Assembly: GCA_963718895.1 (NCBI GenBank)
Contig: CAVRAG010000008.1
Location: 1,408,001-1,472,000 of the forward strand
Length of the DNA: 64,000 bases
Direction: 5' to 3'
Source: an uncultured Nitrososphaerota archaeon
Lineage (GTDB): Archaea > Thermoproteota > Nitrososphaeria > Nitrososphaerales > Gagatemarchaeaceae
Made by a program: the position numbers and the translations under genes. Below are positions 37,364 to 47,388 of the stretch, piece after piece (within the stretch, counting starts at the first letter, position 1; each line of letters begins with the position of its first letter). The notes beneath the pieces are model-generated. The model saw nothing but the letters and a program-made list of their open reading frames with translations. It did not search any database and was not told the origin of the DNA.

Positions 37364-38530
37364 TCAGGACTTCCCGAGCCTCCTGAAGAGGAGAACGCCC
37401 ACCGAAAGAATCACCAGGCTGCTTGCAGAAACCACCGCGAGGTCGGTAAGCACGGATTGGCTGGTCGCCGCTGCGCCCCTGGTGAAGAGGGATGTGAGAG
37501 CGTCTGTGACGTAGTAGGCGGGGACGAACCGGCCCGCAGCCTGTGCCGTCGACGAGAGTGCCGTACCCACGAACGTGCCGAGGAAGAGCTGCGGCATCAG
37601 GAAGACGAACGATATGCCCGTGGCCGCGCCCGCCGTCTTCGATATGGCGGCAGTGATCAGTCCGAAACCGATGTTGCACATGGCGAATATCGTCACGATG
37701 AGGAACCCCACGACCAGGCCGGAGAGGTCCGCGACGGGGTGGTAACCCAACGCATAGACGCAGAGGAACACCAGCAGGGCTTGCACCAGGCCGATGACGA
37801 GGTACGACAGCACGGAGCCTGCAATCAGGTCTGCGCTGGTAGCCGGGGTCACGGCTATCCTGCTCAGGAGGCCGCTCTCCCTCTCTCCGGTGTACGACTG
37901 GGCCACCATCATGATCATGTAGATCGAGGCGAAGGCGAAGAGCCCCGGCGCGAACGTAGCGAACATCGACGACGCCTGGACCTTTACCATCGATGGGCTC
38001 GATACGTCGACCGGCACCGCGGGGGCAGGAGAAGACATGCCGAGAACCCCGTCCTTTAGAGCCTGGTCCACGATTGAGGGGATGACCTGGGCCGAGAGCA
38101 GGGAGCCTCTGTCCAGGTAGAGGGGAACGGTGCAGTTGACCCATCTGCTGGGCGAACCAGGGGAGGCCCTGAACGAGCTGACGCTAGCGTCGAACTGAGA
38201 AGGGAGCGAGAGGACCCCCTGTACCTTCCCCTGGCTCAGGGCCGACTGCGCAGTCTGATTGTCCGAGTAGTACTGGACCCTGATCACGCCGGTCGCCTCG
38301 AGGGCCTGGGCGAACTGATGCGAAGGTGTCGAGTTGCCGCCGACCCCGAGGTCGACGACCGCGAGGTTGTATGTCGTCGATTGCGAGCCACCGCCGACGG
38401 CTCCGAACGAGGTTCCGAACGCTATCGTCAGAATCACCGGGAAGAGGATGATCATGAACAGGAACGCGGGTTCCCTGAACATCCTCTTCCATTCCTTGTT
38501 GGAGAGCGCCAGGGCGCGGCGGAGCCTCAT
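37364..38530 (-). CDS. ABC-2 type transporter permease
   Basis: KEWKRMFRE, extracellular loop, ERESGLLSRI, TM helices. Confidence 0.88.
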   Translation of the reverse strand: MRLRRALALSNKEWKRMFREPAFLFMIILFPVILTIAFGTSFGAVGGGSQSTTYNLAVVDLGVGGNSTPSHQFAQALEATGVIRVQYYSDNQTAQSALSQGKVQGVLSLPSQFDASVSSFRASPGSPSRWVNCTVPLYLDRGSLLSAQVIPSIVDQALKDGVLGMSSPAPAVPVDVSSPSMVKVQASSMFATFAPGLFAFASIYMIMMVAQSYTGERESGLLSRIAVTPATSADLIAGSVLSYLVIGLVQALLVFLCVYALGYHPVADLSGLVVGFLIVTIFAMCNIGFGLITAAISKTAGAATGISFVFLMPQLFLGTFVGTALSSTAQAAGRFVPAYYVTDALTSLFTRGAAATSQSVLTDLAVVSASSLVILSVGVLLFRRLGKS

Positions 38531-38532
38531 CT

Positions 38533-39297
38533 CTATGACCCCTCCCTGATTCTTCTCCCTGTTAGCTGGATGAAGACGTCCTCGAGGTCTCTTGCCCCGT
38601 TTCTCGACCTGAGCTCGGCCGGGGATCCCAGAGCGATCAGCTTCCCATGGTCGATTATCCCGACCCTGTCGCACAGCTCCTCGGCCTCCTCCATGTAGTG
38701 CGTCGAGAGAAGGACCGTCCTGCCCTGGTCTCTCAGCTCCGCTATGAAGTCCCAAATCGCCCGGCGAGACTGCGGGTCCATCCCGACGGTGGGCTCGTCC
38801 AGCAGGATGATCTTGGGGTCGTGGACGAGTGCCATGGCGATGCTCACCCTGCGCTTCATCCCGCCGCTATACTTGCTCGTCCTCCTGCCGCCCTCGTCCA
38901 GCAGGCCAACCTTCTCCATCATCCTGTCGACCCGGGCGTCCAGCGTCTCCTTCGGGACGGAGCAGAGCTCCCCGAAGAGCTTCACGTTCTCCCTCCCGGT
39001 CAGGTACGGATAGACAGCCGTCTCCTGCGGGGAGACTCCCATGATTCCCCTAGCCTTGACACCGTCGGTCCCGACGTCGAACTGACCCACCCTGACCGAC
39101 CCCGCGGTCGGCTTCAGGAGGCCCGTGAGGCACTTCATGGTCGTGGTCTTCCCTGAGCCATTCGGCCCGAGCAGCCCGAAGACCTCGGCTTCGTGGATTG
39201 AGATTGAAAGGTCGTCGACGGCCGTGACGTCTGCGAACATCTTCGTCAGGTTCTCTATCACCACGGCATCTCTTACCACAGCGGTCTCCCTTTGCAT
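38533..39297 (-). CDS. ABC transporter ATP-binding protein
   Basis: GPNGSGKT, YSGGM, LLDEP, STH. Confidence 0.95.
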   Translation of the reverse strand: MQRETAVVRDAVVIENLTKMFADVTAVDDLSISIHEAEVFGLLGPNGSGKTTTMKCLTGLLKPTAGSVRVGQFDVGTDGVKARGIMGVSPQETAVYPYLTGRENVKLFGELCSVPKETLDARVDRMMEKVGLLDEGGRRTSKYSGGMKRRVSIAMALVHDPKIILLDEPTVGMDPQSRRAIWDFIAELRDQGRTVLLSTHYMEEAEELCDRVGIIDHGKLIALGSPAELRSRNGARDLEDVFIQLTGRRIREGS

Positions 39298-39428
39298 GGC
39301 ACCGCCGTCTGTCTCTCGGTTGTTATTTTCACGTCAATGGGACGGGAGAAGAACCGGACAGAACCCTTCGCTCAGAAGGGCGATCCTTCAACCGCGTGGT
39401 TGATATCTCGGAACACGGGTGAAGAGGG

Positions 39429-40343
39429 TCAGCCGACGGCCGGGGTCGCTCTTTCGTCCTCGAGACTGAGCTTGTCCACCCACGTGTCGAATATGTAGCC
39501 GATCTGCAGGACGTTCACCATGACAGACTCGACGCCCCTGGCCTTGCCCATTTCTTCCCTCAGGTCATCCATCTGCCTCATCGAGTTAGTCCACAGAAAC
39601 AGGGTTAGCTCGTTGGGGAGGTTGCTGAACATGACTTCGATCAGCACGTTCTGCGAGAAGCTCTGCCTGAAGGTTGACAGGACCTCCGCCCTGCTGGCGC
39701 CCCGTGCGATCTTGACGTGGCCGACGGCGATGATGTCGTTCGAGGCGTCGGGGTACCATTCCAGCGAGAAGTCCACCAGATGGTTCTCGACCATCCTCTC
39801 CAGGCGTCTGTGGACGGTCTTCGTCGAGGCCCGGACCTCGGCCGCGACGTCGCTTAGCGGCTTGCGCGAATCCTTGTGGAGAGACGCCAGAATCCGGTAG
39901 TCGAGCTGATACAGCCTCGGGCTTGGGAGCGGACCGGTCGACTGCGACATTACCCCCACCGTGGGCTCGTCTATCTCGCCCTCCTTCCTGACGAAGGAGA
40001 CGTACGAGTCCAGTTGGGAAAGGTCCCTGAGGTATCCCCCCACGTAGAGGTAGCCGCCTCCCGAGTTGGCCACCCAGTAGGTCGAGTCGTTGTCCCTGAG
40101 CCTGAGGTGAGCCTTGCTGGGAAGGTCTGCCCCGGACCTCCCGAAGACCCATACGGTGGTCGCCTTGAGAGAGCTCAGACTCACCCGCGCAGTGAAGGTG
40201 CGTATTATGCCAATCTCGATCAGCGCCTTGATCCTTTTGTGAACTGCGTTGATGGACAGCCCCAGCCGGCCAGCGAGCTCGTGGTATGGAGCCCTGGAGT
40301 CGGACAACAGGAACAGGCACAGCTTGATGTCGGTGCTGTCCAT
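39429..40343 (-). CDS. tandem Lrp/AsnC transcriptional regulator
   Basis: Two HTH units (DSRAPYHELA..., DSRKPLSDVA...). Confidence 0.88.
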   Translation of the reverse strand: MDSTDIKLCLFLLSDSRAPYHELAGRLGLSINAVHKRIKALIEIGIIRTFTARVSLSSLKATTVWVFGRSGADLPSKAHLRLRDNDSTYWVANSGGGYLYVGGYLRDLSQLDSYVSFVRKEGEIDEPTVGVMSQSTGPLPSPRLYQLDYRILASLHKDSRKPLSDVAAEVRASTKTVHRRLERMVENHLVDFSLEWYPDASNDIIAVGHVKIARGASRAEVLSTFRQSFSQNVLIEVMFSNLPNELTLFLWTNSMRQMDDLREEMGKARGVESVMVNVLQIGYIFDTWVDKLSLEDERATPAVG

Positions 40344-40467
40344 CTTGCTTCGAGAAGCGGCGCGAATGCACCTTGGGTAAAGGTCTTTCGAGCACCACGA
40401 CGAGGTTCTCCTCCCCGCCTGGGCTTGGCCGCAGGGAAATCTTACTTAGGGCGAAGTCCATGGCCGT

Positions 40468-41004
40468 GTGATGCTCAATCCGACTGCGAGAAAGAACCTG
40501 CTTTCGAAGGCCGAGCGCTGGGTCCAAAAGGCGGAGAAAGAGCAAGACCAGTTCGACAAGTACGTGTCGTATTTCATCTCATTCAAGATTCTCTATGACA
40601 GCTATGCGAAGGAGATGAACGCGAGCGCCGACCTCAGCCTCGGAGACAGCAGGAGGGCGGTAGAGATCATGGACCTTGTCCCAGACAAGGAGGCGCTACT
40701 CAAGAATCTGAGGGACCCGTTGCGGGACTGCCTGGCGATTATTCCGGCGTTCAGGGAGGAGTATTGGGGACGACCTCACCCGGTGCCCATCGCCAGCCGG
40801 CTCAGGGAGGCGTTCTACAGCGACAACGCACCGGATACGGTCGAGTATCTCTTGAAGTGGCTGTACAAGGTGAGATGCAACGTCGTCCACGGGGGGGAGA
40901 ACTACGACGAGAAACTGGACAGGAAGATTCTCGGCTACAGCAACACTCTAATCGCGGAAATTCTGTCGGTCGTCCTCCCGGAATACAGACGAAGATTCAC
41001 CTGA
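40468..41004 (+). CDS. HEPN-domain protein (putative RNase)
   Basis: YKVRCNVVHGG is an Rx4H motif; helical protein. Confidence 0.7.
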   Translation: MMLNPTARKNLLSKAERWVQKAEKEQDQFDKYVSYFISFKILYDSYAKEMNASADLSLGDSRRAVEIMDLVPDKEALLKNLRDPLRDCLAIIPAFREEYWGRPHPVPIASRLREAFYSDNAPDTVEYLLKWLYKVRCNVVHGGENYDEKLDRKILGYSNTLIAEILSVVLPEYRRRFT

Positions 41005-41011
41005 AAAAGCG

Positions 41012-41034
41012 GATTTCGTCGCGCCTCCACCAGG
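41012..41034 (+). repeat. copy of the dispersed motif
   Basis: gatttcgtcgcgcctccaccagg, 17/23, 7 nt after the HEPN stop. Confidence 0.7.
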
Positions 41035-41212
41035 GCGTATCAGAGTCGGGCGCAGGCAACCCTGGATCGCTCTTGAGTCTCGAAGGTCAAATCCCGCTCA
41101 GAAGAGGAACCTCAGATCTTCTTTGTCATAAGAGATCGAGCCCGGCCGACGGCATCTCTGCGAAGGCTCTCTCAGGTACGCTTAGGTACCGGGAGCTCTA
41201 TGACGGCCCGAG

Positions 41213-41572
41213 TTGGCGCCCGCCATGGAACGGGTCAAGGATGAGAAGTTCATCTATCTTACCACGAAGGGCAGGAAGACCGGAAGGCCTCACACCGTGG
41301 AACTCTGGTTCGCTCTCGCCGAAGAAAGAGTCTTCTTGTCTCACGAGGGGGAGCGCACCGACTGGATGAAGAACCTTGCGAAAGAGGACGCCGTCAGCAT
41401 CAGGATAGGTGGAATCGCATCTGCTGCGAACGCACGGGTCGCTGAAGGGAGCGCGAGGGAACTCGGCAAGAAGATGCTGTACGAGAAGTACTACGGCAGA
41501 GCGAGCAAGGAGGTCATAGACGATTGGTTCGACCTCTCGATCGTCCTGGAGTTGACTCCTTTCACGCCCTAG
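41213..41572 (+). CDS. deazaflavin-dependent nitroreductase / split-barrel protein
   Basis: YLTTKGRKTGRPH, DWMKNL. Confidence 0.8.
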   Translation: MAPAMERVKDEKFIYLTTKGRKTGRPHTVELWFALAEERVFLSHEGERTDWMKNLAKEDAVSIRIGGIASAANARVAEGSARELGKKMLYEKYYGRASKEVIDDWFDLSIVLELTPFTP

Positions 41573-41617
41573 CGTATCTCCTTCTGCGACTTCGAAGAGG
41601 TACCGGGCAAGGCGTAA

Positions 41618-41640
41618 GGATCCATTGCGCCTCTGCCAGT
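41618..41640 (+). repeat. copy of the dispersed motif with a clear dyad
   Basis: aggcgtaa-ggatcca-ttgcgcctctgccagt, 18/23, between convergent genes. Confidence 0.8.
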
Positions 41641-41653
41641 CCCGTTTGGTGGT

Positions 41654-42007
41654 TCAGACGATGATCTGGTGTCGGTTGAACGAGTCAAGTCCTGCCTCTT
41701 CAGGGTTCACCTTCTCTAGGCTCTCTCGTGCTTTTCTCGCAGCGAACGCAATCGCTTCGTCCTCCGAATGGTCGTTGCACGCCACCACCCAGCTGCCGCC
41801 CAGCTCATTCAGATCGGCGTGATAATAGTTGGACCCGTTGTTGGTCTTTCCACAAATCTCGCACGCGAGCAGCTCGTCGTCATCTGAGACTCGAGTCAAT
41901 GTGGTTCTCAGAGTGCGTTCGTACTGAACCGTGTCTCTTAAGGATGGTGGTACTTTTGGCCCATAATCTTGTCTTATTCGCGTTCCTGGGTTGATTTTTT
42001 TGGGCAT
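41654..42007 (-). CDS. hypothetical zinc-finger protein
   Basis: CEIC...CNDH; lower GC. Confidence 0.5.
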   Translation of the reverse strand: MPKKINPGTRIRQDYGPKVPPSLRDTVQYERTLRTTLTRVSDDDELLACEICGKTNNGSNYYHADLNELGGSWVVACNDHSEDEAIAFAARKARESLEKVNPEEAGLDSFNRHQIIV

Positions 42008-42043
42008 CCGAGATAGTCGTCCAGCGACTGAATCCCAGGAGCT

Positions 42044-43012
42044 CTAGCTGCTCCCTTCCGCCCTCCGCAGGACTCGGAGCGCGTTGAGGGTGATCCATTT
42101 GCTGGGCTTGCCAGGTTCCTCAAGTGCGAAGGCCTTCGGCTTCTTCCGAAGGTCGTAGTCGGCTCCCGCGCCGACGTCGGGGTGGACCTTCTCGAGGAGC
42201 CAGGTTCCATCAGCCCGGCGCTTCTCTTTCAGGATGTCGAGGGCCGGCCGGAGCCGTCTGTCACCTCCATACCCGAGGCTTGTCACGACGTCGAGTCCTA
42301 CCAGGAGGTCGTAGTAGTAGTGATTCGGGTAGTGGAAGCGGAACCAGGGAAGGTACTTCTCCCCGCCGTCGTCGAACAACCGTCTCTCCAGATAGAACTC
42401 CGCGCCCTTCTCGATCGAGTTCCTGACCCTTCTCGTCCGTCTCGATTCCGGGAGAGCCGAATATGCCGCGAGCGCCTCCCAGCAGTCGAGCGTGCCCCTG
42501 TCAGACTTGAAGCAGTGCCAGCCCCCATCCTCTTTTTGGTCCTCAATCAGCCGGTCGAAGAGCTTCCTCACCCTCGGGTCGTCTCCGTACCCGAAACGGG
42601 TCATGTAGCGAGCGGTGTTCCCGACTATGCAGACCTCGTCCTTGAAGATGTTCTCCTTCTTGTCGTCCATCCACTCCCTGAAGAACAACTCTGCGGTCTT
42701 CGCTATTCTGGGGTCATCCTTCGTCAGACCGAGGTCGGAGAGAACGAGCGCCATCCAGTTCGTCGCGGTGTACTTCGGGCCGTAGAGGGACCCGTTCGAC
42801 CTTGTCTGCCAGCGCCCGTCCGGCTTCTGTCTCCTAAGGATGTCGGAGGCCCAGCCCTTCTTCTGGATGTCCGAGTGTGCGGCGATTGCCTGTGGGTCGT
42901 TCCTTCGCCGCCCCATAAGGTCGGTGAGGGCGAAGTAGCGGACCGACGGCTGGTCGTCCTCCAACAGCCAGTCCATCACCCGGGACTCTGTTCTCTGGTC
43001 TGCTTCTTTCAA
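42044..43012 (-). CDS. prenyltransferase / squalene-oxidase-repeat alpha-alpha barrel protein
   Basis: QKPDGRW, QKEDGGW and RADGTW QW-like repeats; KPSKWITLNAL. Confidence 0.78.
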   Translation of the reverse strand: MKEADQRTESRVMDWLLEDDQPSVRYFALTDLMGRRRNDPQAIAAHSDIQKKGWASDILRRQKPDGRWQTRSNGSLYGPKYTATNWMALVLSDLGLTKDDPRIAKTAELFFREWMDDKKENIFKDEVCIVGNTARYMTRFGYGDDPRVRKLFDRLIEDQKEDGGWHCFKSDRGTLDCWEALAAYSALPESRRTRRVRNSIEKGAEFYLERRLFDDGGEKYLPWFRFHYPNHYYYDLLVGLDVVTSLGYGGDRRLRPALDILKEKRRADGTWLLEKVHPDVGAGADYDLRKKPKAFALEEPGKPSKWITLNALRVLRRAEGSS

Positions 43013-43080
43013 TCTGCCAGATTACGACGTGGCTGGATAATTAAGTAATTTCCGCCTTGAGCGGGGAGCTCGAGAACGTC

Positions 43081-43099
43081 GGGTGCATCACGCCGGCGC
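43081..43099 (+). repeat. degenerate copy of the dispersed motif
   Basis: gggtgcatcacgccggcgc, 14/19. Confidence 0.45.
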
Positions 43100-43241
43100 G
43101 CGCCCTTAACGGCCGTTGATTCCCTTTGTTATCAGGGGTATCTCGGTCAATTGACTGATGCGGAAGTCTGGATCTCCTTCTTTCGTTTCGTTCTCTGTCT
43201 GAATCAGGATTGACGTCATGCCGGCGGCCTTCGCTCCGTCC

Positions 43242-44636
43242 TCAATGACGGAACGCACCAGCCGACTCGGTATCGCGGACCGGCACGGCCTGCTTCTGCA
43301 GATGTGGGAGCTGGCGCTTCATGTCCGTAATCAGCATGTCCGCGAGGTCGTGGCTGAACCCTGCTCTTACGACGACGCGCAGCACGGCCAGGTCCGTGCG
43401 GTTCTTCGGGAACGTATAGGCGGGCAGAGTCCAGCCGCGCTCGCGGAGCGCGCTTGACACGTCGAACACGGTGTAGTTCTTGACACTCTCCTTCAGCTTG
43501 AATGCGAACACGGGCAGCTCGTCGCCCCTTGTGACGAGCTCGAACATGCCCAGCTTCTCGATCTCTCCCGAGAGATACGTGGCCACGTCCCGGGCGTATT
43601 GCTGGACCCTTGTGTAGCCTCCGAAACCGAGACGGAGGAAGTTGTAGTACTGCAAGACGATCTGCGATCCCGGCCGCGAGAAGTTGAGCGCGAAGGTCGG
43701 CATGTTGCCCCCAAGGTAGTTGACCTTGAAGATGAGGTCCTCTGGTAGCGCCTCAGCGTCCCGCCACAGGATCCACCCGACCCCAGGATACACGAGGCCG
43801 TACTTGTGTCCGGACGTGTTGATGGAAGCCACGCGCGGGAGGCGGAAGTCCCACTCGAGCTCTCTGTCCAGAAAGGGGGCGATCATGCCGCCCGACGCGG
43901 CATCGACGTGCACCGGAACATCGATCCCGGTCCTTGCCTGGAACCCGTCGAGAGCCTTGCAGATCTCCTTGATCGGCTCGTATGACCCGTCATACGTCGA
44001 ACCCATTATGGCGACGACGCCGATGGTGTCCTCATCGCAGAGCTTGACGGCCTCTTTGGCATCGAGGTGGAAGCGGTCGCCCTCCATGGGCACCAGGCGC
44101 ATCTCGACGTCCCAGTAGTTGCAGAACTTCTCCCAGCAGACCTGCACGTTGATGCCCATCACCATGTTGGGTCTGTCGGCGGGCTTTCCCTGGGCCCTTC
44201 TCTTGTGCTGCCAGCGACGCTTGAGCGCCAGACCCCCGAGCATCGCCGCCTCGCTCGAACCGGTCGTGGAGCACCCGGTGGCTCTGGTCACGTCAGGAGA
44301 GTGAAACAGGTGGGCGAGCATGTTGACGCAGCGCATCTCGAGCTCTGCGGTCTGGGGATACTCGTCCTTGTCGATCATGTTCTTGTCGTATGTCTCCGCG
44401 TAGAGCTTCTGGGCCTGCGGTTCCATCCAGGTGCCGACAAAGGTCGCCAGATTCAGTCTGGCATCACCGTCTAGCAGCAGCTCGTCATGAACTATCTGAT
44501 ATGCTATGTTGGGATCCATGCTATCGGCCGGCATCTCGTTTCTCGGGACCGGCTTCAATCCCTCCCCAACGAATACAGGGTCCAGCGACAGGTTCCGCTT
44601 TCCGGTTCGGGGATTCTTCGGGTGCATGAGAGGCAT
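43242..44636 (-). CDS. gadB: glutamate decarboxylase
   Basis: NLATFV, DKDEYPQ, GSSEA, HVDAASGG, SGHKYG (PLP Lys), LNFSRP. Confidence 0.93.
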   Translation of the reverse strand: MPLMHPKNPRTGKRNLSLDPVFVGEGLKPVPRNEMPADSMDPNIAYQIVHDELLLDGDARLNLATFVGTWMEPQAQKLYAETYDKNMIDKDEYPQTAELEMRCVNMLAHLFHSPDVTRATGCSTTGSSEAAMLGGLALKRRWQHKRRAQGKPADRPNMVMGINVQVCWEKFCNYWDVEMRLVPMEGDRFHLDAKEAVKLCDEDTIGVVAIMGSTYDGSYEPIKEICKALDGFQARTGIDVPVHVDAASGGMIAPFLDRELEWDFRLPRVASINTSGHKYGLVYPGVGWILWRDAEALPEDLIFKVNYLGGNMPTFALNFSRPGSQIVLQYYNFLRLGFGGYTRVQQYARDVATYLSGEIEKLGMFELVTRGDELPVFAFKLKESVKNYTVFDVSSALRERGWTLPAYTFPKNRTDLAVLRVVVRAGFSHDLADMLITDMKRQLPHLQKQAVPVRDTESAGAFRH

Positions 44637-44719
44637 TAGTACGCCTCCTCAGCTGTGGGGAGCTGGGCAAAAAAGTTACTTGGTCTACAACTCTGAAGGG
44701 GTTGTTTTGCCATGCGTGA

Positions 44720-44741
44720 GGGTTCATTGCGCCTCGCCGGG
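44720..44741 (+). repeat. strong copy of the dispersed motif
   Basis: gggttcattgcgcctc-gccggg, between divergent genes. Confidence 0.85.
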
Positions 44742-44791
44742 AATCCCGAAATGCAAAGGGTAAAAGCGCAGGCCGGCGCTGATGCCGGTCG

Positions 44792-46492
44792 ATGGGGAAG
44801 CTAGAGTCGGGCGCGCTCGGACTCCTGGCGGCGGACTACTGGCAGCAGAGGTTGGCGGACGAGCCGCTCATGGCGACAGCTCTCGGGGACAGGAGATATG
44901 ACGGCAGGCTCCCCGACATCTCGCCGGAAGGCCGCGCCGCGATCAGGGAGCGGTACGAGGCGGTCGTCCGGAGGTGCGAGGACATCGGGGAGGACGCGCT
45001 GGCTCCGTCCGAGCGGCTAACGAGGACGGCCCTCCTGGTCGACGCCCGCTCGCAGATCGACTACAGCCTTTGCGACCTCGACGACTGGACGGTTGACCCG
45101 CTGCAGGGCCCGCAGGTCCTTCTGATGAACGTCGAGTCCTTCCAGCCGGTTAGGACCACGGAGGAGGGGAGGGCGATGGTCATGCGGTGGCGGGCCATCG
45201 GGCCGTACATGGAGCGGCACCTGGCGAACCTCGAGGCCGGGGCGGCCTCCGGGAAGTTCGCGGTGAGGGCGGGGGTCGAGAAGGTCCTCGACGAGCTCCA
45301 GGACCTGCTGGCGAGGCCTGATCCGGAGTGGGCCCTTCTGAGGCCGCTGCGGGACGGCCATCCGGACTGGCCTGAAGAGGAAAGGCGAGCGTTCAGAGAG
45401 GGGCTGACCGGGGCCGTGAGGGAGACCGCGCGCCCCGTCTTCGCACGGTATCTGGAGTTCCTGAAGTCCGTCGTGCTTCCCCGGGCGCGGCCGCAGGAGC
45501 GCCCAGGGATATCCGACATACCCGGCGGCAGGGAGGACTACGCCAGGCTTATCAGGGTCCACACGTCCCTCGACCTGACCCCCGAGGAGCTGCACCAGAC
45601 AGGACTGAACGAGGTGGCGAGGATCAACGGGGAGATGGAGGCGCTCGGGGAGAAGGTGTTCGGGACCGGGGACAGGAAAGAGATACTGAACCGGCTCAGG
45701 ACCGACCGCTTACTGTACTTCTCGGATGGTGGAGAGGTGGAGGCCAAGGCCAGAGCGGCGCTCGCCAGGGCGAGCGCGGCCATCGGTGCGTGGTTCGGCA
45801 GGCTCCCGAAGACCCCCTGCGAGGTCGTGAGGATGGAGGCGCACGAGGAGAAGCACTCCACCATCGCGTACTACCGCCCCCCGGCCGCGGACGGTTCAAG
45901 GCCGGGAAGGTACTACATCAACACGTCCGCGCCCGACACCAGGCCGAGATACGAGGCGGAGGCTCTGGCCTATCACGAGTCCGTGCCGGGGCACCACCTG
46001 CAGATAGCGATAGCCCAGGAGCTGGAGGGGATACCGGAGTTCAGGAAGAACGGCGGGGTGACCGCATTTGTCGAGGGGTGGGGGCTCTACTCGGAGCGCC
46101 TCGCCGACGAGATGGGCCTGTACTCGTCCGACCTGGACAGGATTGGGATACTCTCGTACGACGCGTGGCGGGCCTGCCGGCTGGTGGTCGACACCGGGAT
46201 GCACGCCCTCGACTGGTCCAGGAGCCAGGCCATCGACTACATGACGCAGAACACCGCCCTGGCCGCGAACAACATCGCCAACGAGGTGGACAGGTACATC
46301 ACCTGGCCCGGCCAGGCGCTGGCCTATAAGACGGGACAGCTCGAGATGATGAGGCTCCGCCGCGAGGCCGCAGGCAGCCTCGGGGACAGGTTCGACATCC
46401 GCTCCTTCCATGACGCCCTGCTGGACAGCGGGGCCGTACCGCTGACGGCTCTCCGGCAGATTATCAGAGGATACGCGGGCTCCAGCAGGTAG
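44792..46492 (+). CDS. DUF885 family protein (putative metallopeptidase)
   Basis: HESVPGHHLQ, EGWGLYSE, RLVVDTG, EVDRY, PGQALAYK. Confidence 0.92.
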   Translation: MGKLESGALGLLAADYWQQRLADEPLMATALGDRRYDGRLPDISPEGRAAIRERYEAVVRRCEDIGEDALAPSERLTRTALLVDARSQIDYSLCDLDDWTVDPLQGPQVLLMNVESFQPVRTTEEGRAMVMRWRAIGPYMERHLANLEAGAASGKFAVRAGVEKVLDELQDLLARPDPEWALLRPLRDGHPDWPEEERRAFREGLTGAVRETARPVFARYLEFLKSVVLPRARPQERPGISDIPGGREDYARLIRVHTSLDLTPEELHQTGLNEVARINGEMEALGEKVFGTGDRKEILNRLRTDRLLYFSDGGEVEAKARAALARASAAIGAWFGRLPKTPCEVVRMEAHEEKHSTIAYYRPPAADGSRPGRYYINTSAPDTRPRYEAEALAYHESVPGHHLQIAIAQELEGIPEFRKNGGVTAFVEGWGLYSERLADEMGLYSSDLDRIGILSYDAWRACRLVVDTGMHALDWSRSQAIDYMTQNTALAANNIANEVDRYITWPGQALAYKTGQLEMMRLRREAAGSLGDRFDIRSFHDALLDSGAVPLTALRQIIRGYAGSSR

Positions 46493-46507
46493 AGACTTCC
46501 TGGGGTT

Positions 46508-46524
46508 GGGCCAATTGCGCCCCC
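46508..46524 (+). repeat. degenerate copy of the dispersed motif
   Basis: gggccaattgcgccccc, 13/17. Confidence 0.45.
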
Positions 46525-46719
46525 TTTGGAATCCAGGTCGCTGACCCATAGCCATGGCGCGTCAATCGCGGGGCTTCTACTGTTCAGCCTACCAATCAGA
46601 AGTGATGCACTGACAGGTGTGGGCTCTCGAGGGACTACGCTTCTAGATTCCTCTAGCAGAAAGCCCGCGGACAAAGATAGACTAGGTCTATGTCTCCCGA
46701 GAGGATACATGCTTCGGCA

Positions 46720-47193
46720 ATGAAACTGGGAAGGAAGCGGGCGCCTGCGGTTGCCGGCATTGCCTCAGTCGCACTCGTCGCAATCTTATTGACATTTCTT
46801 CCCCAGACCGGAGGCCTTTCTAACGGACAGTGCAAAGGTCTTCCCGGTTGCCCCTTCTCCGTCGAAGGCGACATCTTCATCGCAACCGCCGTGGGCGGGG
46901 GCATGATCACCCTTACTGTCACAAACTACTCGAACTACCCCCTTTCAAACATCACGTTCTCGGGGATCACGCCCAACGTCGACGGCCTGACAGTCTTCAC
47001 GCCGTTCGCCTGCAACGGCAGAGTGGTCAGTTCTGCGAACCTCCTGCAGTTCGGAGGAAACTCCACGGGGTACTACTCCTTCACCTGGGGTGGGAGCGTC
47101 TCTACGACCTACACGCTGGTCGTGACGGCCACCATGACAAACGGCCAGGTCGTGACCTGGCAGGCCAGCGCCGTCTCCTACTCATGGTCTTAG
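46720..47193 (+). CDS. membrane-anchored, possibly pilin-like protein
   Basis: Basic N-terminus (GRKRA) + hydrophobic helix; beta-rich body; YTLVVTATMTNG. Confidence 0.6.
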   Translation: MKLGRKRAPAVAGIASVALVAILLTFLPQTGGLSNGQCKGLPGCPFSVEGDIFIATAVGGGMITLTVTNYSNYPLSNITFSGITPNVDGLTVFTPFACNGRVVSSANLLQFGGNSTGYYSFTWGGSVSTTYTLVVTATMTNGQVVTWQASAVSYSWS

Positions 47194-47388
47194 TCGCTCC
47201 TCGTAGGAGGGGAGGCTCTCTCGGTCAGGAGTTCGCCTTCGACCTGACCAAATGCTCCGCGGCCGAAGAGGGCATGCTGCTCCGGTTACCCCTGCTTTGA
47301 TGGCGTCGTCGTCCGTGCTCCAAATCACAGCGGCGGTCTTCTCGAGACGAGGAGTAAGCGTATTAGCCAGTGATGGGGAGAACGGGCC

